A stretch of DNA of 29,887 bases from a virus (Duplodnaviria; Caudoviricetes). Location: the IMG/VR virus record IMGVR_UViG_3300044527_000530, positions 1 to 29,887 of that record. One strand, 5' to 3'. Each line of letters starts with the position of its first letter. Within the stretch, counting starts at the first letter, position 1. The translations under genes and the position numbers were made by a program. The notes beneath the pieces are model-generated. The model was not told the DNA's origin. It searched no databases and saw nothing but the letters and a program-made list of their open reading frames with translations. This document shows, piece after piece, positions 23,772 to 29,887 of this stretch.

Positions 23772-25489
23772 ACGAAGATTTCATCCAGCCGGATGTAAGA
23801 GTTCATCACGCCGCCGCGCTGTCGTGCTGCGCCCCAACCGTTAAAATAGGTGGCGTTCGCCACGCTCGCCGTACCTGCGCGCACTGTGTACGTGATCGGG
23901 CTAACCGTGCCGCCTTGCCTCTGGTTGTACAGAGTTTGCATCTGCGGGTCCGCGCCGTTTTGCGACGACACAGAAGCGGCAAGCGCATCTGTTCCGCCGT
24001 TGAACAGCGCCATCGTCAGATACTCGCCCGCCGCGTTCGTTGTGAACAGTCCGCGCGCTTCGGCAGCAATGACGTTTAAGGCTGACGTTGGCGTGATGGC
24101 GAGAGTTAAATACGTACTACCTTCGCCACTTTGCGGGATTGAATCATCGTTCGGAATAGACGCCACAGCCGTGGCATACGCACCATCCGACAAATACTGA
24201 CGCTGCACGATGCCCCCCGGCAACGGCATCCGGCTGTGATTGGTCTGCACGAACGTGGGCGCGTTAGACCACGCCGCCGTACCGTAGACAATCTCCACAT
24301 AGCCAAGATAACGCATTGCCACGCCTACGCGCGCACTGGCCGAGTACAGCACCTGCGCCGAGTCCGCAGTGCCCGTGCCCTCTGCCGTCGTTGAAAGAAT
24401 CTGTTCGTTAAAGGCATACCATCCGGTTTGTTCTGGTGGCCCGGCAATTCTTTGCCACGCGCGAAACGCCGCGAGTTCCACAGTGCCGGCGTTGTTGATC
24501 GCGCACACCCAGATGCGCCCCGCTTCGCCGTTGGCAAAGCCGAGAGTTGAGCCCGCCGTGACCGTGAACGTAGTCGCACCAGTTACCGCGATGATGCTAG
24601 GCGCCCCGCTCGTGCTGGTCGCACTGCGGAACCCGACGAACGCCGGATCGCTGGCCGATGGCGTCGCGCCGGCATTCGTCAGCAGAGATAGCGTCAGGTT
24701 GTTGCCTGCGACGCTCGCGCCTAGCGCGACGTTATGCAGGCCCCAGATATCATTCGCCACCGTCTCATAGCCATTCTTGTCGTACGCCGTGCGCGTGCGA
24801 GTCTGCCCGGTCGTGATCGTGGACAGTTCTTTCTGATACTTTTTCGTCCGGTCCAGGTTGTCGGCAAGCTGCCAGACTGCATCAGTCAGCACCGGCACGC
24901 TAGGCTCGGTCGCCGACAGCAGCCCCACATCCGGAATCGTGCCGGTAAGCCCTGCGTCAAGGTTCGTGCTCAGCGGCGACAGCGTGACCGTCGTCACGCC
25001 CGCACCGAACGAGGAAACCGAGATGGTTCCATAGGTGAGCTGGGGCGCAGCCGTGATGACAGCCCGCACGCGCCGGCCGACCTGGAACACGCCTCGAGCA
25101 TCGCCCGAGACAGTGAACGTGTTAACGCCCGTCTGCGTTGCCGTGCTGCCGCTGCTCTGCCACTCTGAGAGCGCCGTCGGGGAGACGTAGCCCAACGGGT
25201 TTAGGTCGTCTCTCGTCCAGATCGGGGAAGTCGGCGGGTCCGTGTCCGTGCTAGGCGCAAGGACAAGTTTGTATTGAATGCCGCCCGCTACATAGAGCCC
25301 ATTCGGCACCTCGCCCCGGCTGTTCAGGACAATGGGGTTAGAATTGGCTGCTAGTCCATCCGTCTCGGCGAACGTCGTAACTTTCGTCGTCGTGTTGGCT
25401 TGGTAGATGAAAAGCTTACCGCCGCTCAGTTCGTTGCTGTTGGCGTCGAAAAATGTTTGCTTTTCGGTAATTAACGGATAGAAAGGCAT
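23768..25489 (-). CDS. Tail fibre/spike with a P22-type virion-binding N-terminus
   Basis: FFDANSNELSGGKLFIYQANTTTK...NSNPIVLNSRGE; Thr/Ser/Gly-rich beta body. Confidence 0.85.
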   Translation of the reverse strand: MPFYPLITEKQTFFDANSNELSGGKLFIYQANTTTKVTTFAETDGLAANSNPIVLNSRGEVPNGLYVAGGIQYKLVLAPSTDTDPPTSPIWTRDDLNPLGYVSPTALSEWQSSGSTATQTGVNTFTVSGDARGVFQVGRRVRAVITAAPQLTYGTISVSSFGAGVTTVTLSPLSTNLDAGLTGTIPDVGLLSATEPSVPVLTDAVWQLADNLDRTKKYQKELSTITTGQTRTRTAYDKNGYETVANDIWGLHNVALGASVAGNNLTLSLLTNAGATPSASDPAFVGFRSATSTSGAPSIIAVTGATTFTVTAGSTLGFANGEAGRIWVCAINNAGTVELAAFRAWQRIAGPPEQTGWYAFNEQILSTTAEGTGTADSAQVLYSASARVGVAMRYLGYVEIVYGTAAWSNAPTFVQTNHSRMPLPGGIVQRQYLSDGAYATAVASIPNDDSIPQSGEGSTYLTLAITPTSALNVIAAEARGLFTTNAAGEYLTMALFNGGTDALAASVSSQNGADPQMQTLYNQRQGGTVSPITYTVRAGTASVANATYFNGWGAARQRGGVMNSYIRLDEIFV

Positions 25490-25501
25490 CGGGAATCCTC
25501 A

Positions 25502-25729
25502 ATGAGTCCAAAAGTGGCCCGCGTGGTCGCATACGGCGGAAGCTGGGCCGTCATGATGTTTTTGGCCCGAGTGCTTGGCCTTTGGGCTATCCCGATAGGC
25601 TTGGTCATCATGGCCGCTGTCTGGATCATCTCTGATCGGATTGTTGCTCGCGAAGCCGCCGCCTTGACTCGTCTCCTGCAGCGGCCGCAACGCCAGGAGC
25701 CACCGCGTACCCTCGACCCGGAGGAGTAG
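25502..25729 (+). CDS. Small 2-TM membrane protein, antisense to the late operon
   Basis: Two hydrophobic helices; fills the gap between the ejection and tail genes. Confidence 0.55.
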   Translation: MSPKVARVVAYGGSWAVMMFLARVLGLWAIPIGLVIMAAVWIISDRIVAREAAALTRLLQRPQRQEPPRTLDPEE

Positions 25730-27797
25730 GCATACCCGCTGCCGCTTTGCTTGCGGCTGCACTGTTCAGCACGGCACGCCCCGCCTTTGCACCCATCGCA
25801 CCCGCTGCCGCAGCCGGGTCGGCGGAAGTCATTGCCTTGACGCCAAGCAATTTGGCCGCGAAGTCCTCGAACATCCGGGAGACTTCGTAACCCGTGCCGC
25901 TTGGGTTTGTCGCTCCGCGTGGCGGCACAAGCTTCTCAACTGCGTCGCGGAACTGTCGCATCCGCTGCAGTTCGGACGGGGAGAACACTTCCCGCATGAA
26001 GCTATCGCCCTTGCCCTGCAGTGCGTTGTTGAACCGCGTCACCATTGCTTGCGGCCCACCGGGCGAGCCTTTCGGGCCGTTGACGATCCGCATAAACGCC
26101 AGTTCTCGCACCTGATTCCATTCGGGCGAATCCGAGCCGAACACTTGCTTAAGGCGCACCGCAAGCCGCGTGGAAACGGGCGCCTGTCCGGCATCCGAAT
26201 GCCCGATGAGCAGGTTTGCAACTTCGTTCGGCGTTACGTCCGTGTTAATGATGCGGTCCATGACGCGCCCGGCGTCTGCATCCCATGAACGCTCTTCGAA
26301 CTGATTGCCGTACTTTGTACGCAGTGCGCGCGCCTCTCGCAGCGCCTTGACCGCGTCAACGTCGCCTTGTGCTAGACCACGTTGCACAGCGTCATCTATC
26401 CACGAATCGAGCGCCTGTATCGCCACTTTCACGCCGCGCTTGTCCGTCGGGTTCTTGGACGTGTTGAGCAACTGATTCAACTGTCGCCGCGCCGTGTCCA
26501 AGTCTCGGAAGTCCACATCTTCGAAGACTGTCTTGCTCCACTTCGGCAGGCCTGGCGTTGTGCCTGACTGCTTCACAGCGTTCTTGATCCCTTGAACCTT
26601 CTCAATGGCCGCGATAGTGGCCGGCGTCAATTCGGCCTTCAGCGGGATATCCGCCGCGTTTACCGCGGATTCGACCTGCGACTTAAGGTCGTTGATGGAT
26701 ACGCCTTTGAACTCTAGGGAACGCTTGCGGACTTCGTCGTATGCGCTACCAATCTGCGTATCAAGTTCGTTAGCCGCGCGCCTGATGTTTTGCATCATTG
26801 CCGCGCCGCCTTCGTACTCGGTGGCGAACGCTGGAGCCGTAGAGCCCGAAAGGCGCCCTGTCTCGCGCTGTGCAGCCTCCTGCACCGCCGTGCGTTGCTG
26901 TGCGTCAAACGCCGCCATGCGATCGCCTGCGCCCTGTCCGCGCGCGTAGTTGCGCATTGCCTGCTCGCGCGCAATCTGTCGCACATCTCCAGTCTGCTGT
27001 CCTAGCGTAGTCGGAATGTCGAATTGCTCTGCCTGCGCCTTAGCGGCGAGCGCCTTCACGGCATCGCCTTCGAAGCCCGGCCCCAACTTTTTGTAGAACT
27101 CGTTAATCCGCGCCAGTCCTTCGCGCGTAAACATGTTCGGGTCAAGGCCAGCCTTCTGCATTGCCTTGATGCCGTCCGGCGTCAGATTGCCGAACGTATC
27201 GATAAGTGGCCGGTTGTTAAGCATCGGAAACAGTTTCGACCCGACAACCTGTGCAATCGGCGCCATAACGGCATTCGTTGCCGCCTTCGGCAGATCAACG
27301 CCAGTGCCACCGCCCATTCTGTCAACGGCCATATCCCCGGCAATGCTTGTGGCGCCCGCGCCCGCGCCTGCCCGCACAGCCTGCCCGGCGAGAGTCTTGC
27401 CGCCCATCGCAAGCCGCCCGGCAGGCGCCATGCCGATCATGTTGCCGACTAGGTTCTCAGCATCGCCGAGGCTGAAGCCGGGGCGGTTGATGTAGTACGG
27501 TTGCCCCTGATACATGACATAAGGCACCAGCATGCCCGTCTCGGGGTTCATGTCATACAGCACTTCCGTGTTCAGCGACTTGGCCAACACGTTAGCCACG
27601 GCATCGTCATCGTCGCCCTTGAACGTCTTAGCCACGAACAGGTCAGTAGCAATGGCAGGCGGAAAATATCCGATGTTTGCCTCTCGCACCTTGGAACGGT
27701 CGCCCTGCAACGGCTGCACGGATGGACTCATCACAGAGCCTTTCATCGCCTGTTTCAGCGCCATTAGTTCTTCCGTGCTCATCTGTTTAACGTCCAT
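25626..27797 (-). CDS. DNA ejection/internal virion protein (gp16-like position)
   Basis: 723 aa, Ala/Gly-rich and helical; third of three consecutive ejection-type genes. Confidence 0.7.
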   Translation of the reverse strand: MDVKQMSTEELMALKQAMKGSVMSPSVQPLQGDRSKVREANIGYFPPAIATDLFVAKTFKGDDDDAVANVLAKSLNTEVLYDMNPETGMLVPYVMYQGQPYYINRPGFSLGDAENLVGNMIGMAPAGRLAMGGKTLAGQAVRAGAGAGATSIAGDMAVDRMGGGTGVDLPKAATNAVMAPIAQVVGSKLFPMLNNRPLIDTFGNLTPDGIKAMQKAGLDPNMFTREGLARINEFYKKLGPGFEGDAVKALAAKAQAEQFDIPTTLGQQTGDVRQIAREQAMRNYARGQGAGDRMAAFDAQQRTAVQEAAQRETGRLSGSTAPAFATEYEGGAAMMQNIRRAANELDTQIGSAYDEVRKRSLEFKGVSINDLKSQVESAVNAADIPLKAELTPATIAAIEKVQGIKNAVKQSGTTPGLPKWSKTVFEDVDFRDLDTARRQLNQLLNTSKNPTDKRGVKVAIQALDSWIDDAVQRGLAQGDVDAVKALREARALRTKYGNQFEERSWDADAGRVMDRIINTDVTPNEVANLLIGHSDAGQAPVSTRLAVRLKQVFGSDSPEWNQVRELAFMRIVNGPKGSPGGPQAMVTRFNNALQGKGDSFMREVFSPSELQRMRQFRDAVEKLVPPRGATNPSGTGYEVSRMFEDFAAKLLGVKAMTSADPAAAAGAMGAKAGRAVLNSAAASKAAAGMPTPPGRGYAVAPGVAAAAGDESRRRLREQQSDQR

Positions 27798-29254
27798 TAC
27801 CTCCGCCCTCCCCTACGCTGCAGTTCTGCGTCAATGTCCGCCTGCGACGGGAACAAGGGATTAGTCGCAGACCATTCCGACAGTTCGGCAATGAATCCGT
27901 CATCGAACACGCCGCCGTTACGCTTGCGGTACTCGCGCGCCATCTTGGCTACCTGTGCGTCACGGTCCGCAATGCGCTTCAGCGTCTCGACCATGAGCGT
28001 GCGCCCCTTCGGCGTCTTGTCCGTAAACGCCGCCATGTTCTGCAGGAACTTTCGATCCGCGTCCGACATGGCGCCAGGCATGCCCGCGCCGCCGCTCGGG
28101 TTGCGCAATTCAAGTGCAATCTCGTTTTCTAGCGCAATCGCCGCTTCCTTGTTGCCTAGCTTGGGGTCAATGTCAAAACCGAGGGATTTGGCATAGCCGG
28201 CCAGTTGCGTCCCGAGTGGCGTTAGCTTGCCAGTGTCTACGTCTTTGAGCAGGTTTTGCAGCCGCGACACACGGTCTACACGACGGCGCGAGTTGAACTC
28301 CGAGTTAACAATCTCGACGTACTTCTCACCCATACCCTTGCCGATGACCTTGGCGGACTCGTCTTGCTCTCGTGCATTGACGTTGAAAACGTTCTTGCTC
28401 GCACCCGCCGCAGCCCGCGCCTTTTCGTACTCTTGCACCTTCGGGTTTTCTACGACGAGCCCGCGCTCAGTTCGCCCGAATGGCTTGTTCTCATCCCCAA
28501 AACGCAGCCTTGCAATGGAAGAGTCATACGGGGACGGAACATTGCGAAGGATGACTGCGGGCGCCCTCACTTGGTCCGGAGTTGACCCGCCAACGCTATC
28601 GCCAATGGTGTTTTCAGACTCTTCCGCCTGCTTCTGCGAGAGCCGCCATTGTTCCTGCGCCGCTATCAGTTTTCCGAGTTCTCCGGGATAACGCCGCTCG
28701 AAGTCCTCTTTGTTCCGCGCCAGTTGATCGCCAAACGACATGTTCGAAGCGATATAGCTGTCAATGTATTGCTGCCCCGGGTTGTCGGGAATCGCGGCAA
28801 GCATGTCTGCCGGCACGCCCGAGCCGCTAAGAAACCGCTTCGCCTGCTGCACGGACTCCGGCGTATAGCCGTTTGCCTGCACGAATTGCGCAGCCTGCAG
28901 GTATAGCGGCTTGAACTTGTCGGCAGACTCTAGCGCCAGCTTGCGACCCTCGGCGCCGAACTTCGCCAGTTCGGCATCGGCGCGCTTTTGCTTCATACCG
29001 AGTTCATAGGAGCCGAGCGGGTCAATCTCCGCATAGCCCGAAATGAACTTGCCCATATCGCCGCCCGCCGTGCGCACAAGGTCCGCAAGGCGCATCTGCT
29101 TCTGCTGCTCGCGCTGCGCCTGAGCCAGTTGCATCTCCTGCATCTGGCCTTGCCCGACCAGGTTCTTAAGCGTCAGTGCATTGCCATAAGCGCCGAAGTA
29201 GTCAACCGGCTTTTGCGGCTGGAGACTGAGAACGATTGACGGATCGACGGCCAT
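27797..29254 (-). CDS. DNA ejection/internal virion protein (gp20-like position)
   Basis: MAVDPSIVL start, Gln-rich N-terminus and GAMSDADRKFL motif. Confidence 0.7.
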   Translation of the reverse strand: MAVDPSIVLSLQPQKPVDYFGAYGNALTLKNLVGQGQMQEMQLAQAQREQQKQMRLADLVRTAGGDMGKFISGYAEIDPLGSYELGMKQKRADAELAKFGAEGRKLALESADKFKPLYLQAAQFVQANGYTPESVQQAKRFLSGSGVPADMLAAIPDNPGQQYIDSYIASNMSFGDQLARNKEDFERRYPGELGKLIAAQEQWRLSQKQAEESENTIGDSVGGSTPDQVRAPAVILRNVPSPYDSSIARLRFGDENKPFGRTERGLVVENPKVQEYEKARAAAGASKNVFNVNAREQDESAKVIGKGMGEKYVEIVNSEFNSRRRVDRVSRLQNLLKDVDTGKLTPLGTQLAGYAKSLGFDIDPKLGNKEAAIALENEIALELRNPSGGAGMPGAMSDADRKFLQNMAAFTDKTPKGRTLMVETLKRIADRDAQVAKMAREYRKRNGGVFDDGFIAELSEWSATNPLFPSQADIDAELQRRGGRR

Positions 29255-29256
29255 GA

Positions 29257-29886
29257 TTACCGCCCCCTTCCGAACGGGTTGCCGTAGTAGTCTGGCGACA
29301 CAGGCGCCGGCCCTGCCGACTGCGGTGCTATTCGATCAAGCATGGACTGCTGCAGATACATGTTCCCAACGTTGGAGAACGCATTGCCCATCGCATTCGC
29401 CCCGCCCACGATCCCCGCCGCCCTCGCATTTCCGCCCTGCGTGAGCAGATCGGCAATCGTGCCGGCAGACTGTGCCCCGAGCTGTGCGCCGCCCATTGCT
29501 GCCGTCTGCCCCGTTCCCGCCACGCCTGCCAACTGGTTATAGCGTTGCGCCTGCTCGCCCAATCGGAACATGCCGCGCTCGTTGAACTTCGTGCTGCCGT
29601 AGTCGTTGCCGAACTGGATAAGGTCGCGCATCGTCTTGGTCGAGAACAGATTGCCTCGCGCCGCTGCGCCCTGCTCCATATTCGCCCGACCCTCGCGCAG
29701 TCCAAACTGATAGCCAGGATCGTTGGCTAGTTCCGTGCCGTCGAATGGCTGATAAGACGCGATGAGCGAGGAAAGCTTATCGAGCGCCCCGTACCCGGCC
29801 TTGCGGTAGGGCGCCATATCTTCGCGCCCGAGTTCGAACTGCCTGCGATTCTCGGCAATGCCCGCATAGGTGCCTTCTAGCTGCGT
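29257..29886 (-). CDS. DNA transfer/pilot protein (gp7-like; 5' end outside the window)
   Basis: Frame is open to the window edge; DPGYQFGLREG...AAARG and GGNARAAGIVGGANA motifs. Confidence 0.8.
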   Translation of the reverse strand, partial: TQLEGTYAGIAENRRQFELGREDMAPYRKAGYGALDKLSSLIASYQPFDGTELANDPGYQFGLREGRANMEQGAAARGNLFSTKTMRDLIQFGNDYGSTKFNERGMFRLGEQAQRYNQLAGVAGTGQTAAMGGAQLGAQSAGTIADLLTQGGNARAAGIVGGANAMGNAFSNVGNMYLQQSMLDRIAPQSAGPAPVSPDYYGNPFGRGR

Positions 29887-29887
29887 A

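Noticed and set aside
23768-25489. Diversity-generating retroelement or invertible tail-fibre cassette
   Set aside because: No reverse transcriptase, invertase or template/variable repeat pair was seen in the window.

Overview
GC-rich temperate phage with a lambdoid early region and P22-like (podovirus) structural genes, probably from a Betaproteobacteria-type host (inference). The window covers most of a circularly permuted genome. On the minus strand (1-13.1 kb) are the coat 5' end, scaffold, a sialidase/lectin-like protein, portal, GNAT, terL/terS, a resolvase, a replication module (DUF1376 initiator with iterons plus helicase), cII, a C5-methyltransferase and cro. An immunity region with twin operator/promoter blocks follows. 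On the plus strand (13.2-20.9 kb) is the early-left operon with exonuclease, recombinase, small ORFs, xis and int, then an intact attP. On the minus strand (20.8-29.9 kb) are the lysis genes, a ParB-domain protein, a tail fibre and the ejection proteins. Most notable: (1) two non-identical tRNA-like structured RNAs of about 140-160 nt with compensatory base changes, one lying antisense between holin and Rz; (2) an attP core that reads HTPLMQ, resembling the conserved mutS N-terminal motif. All calls come from reading the sequence by eye; no searches were run.
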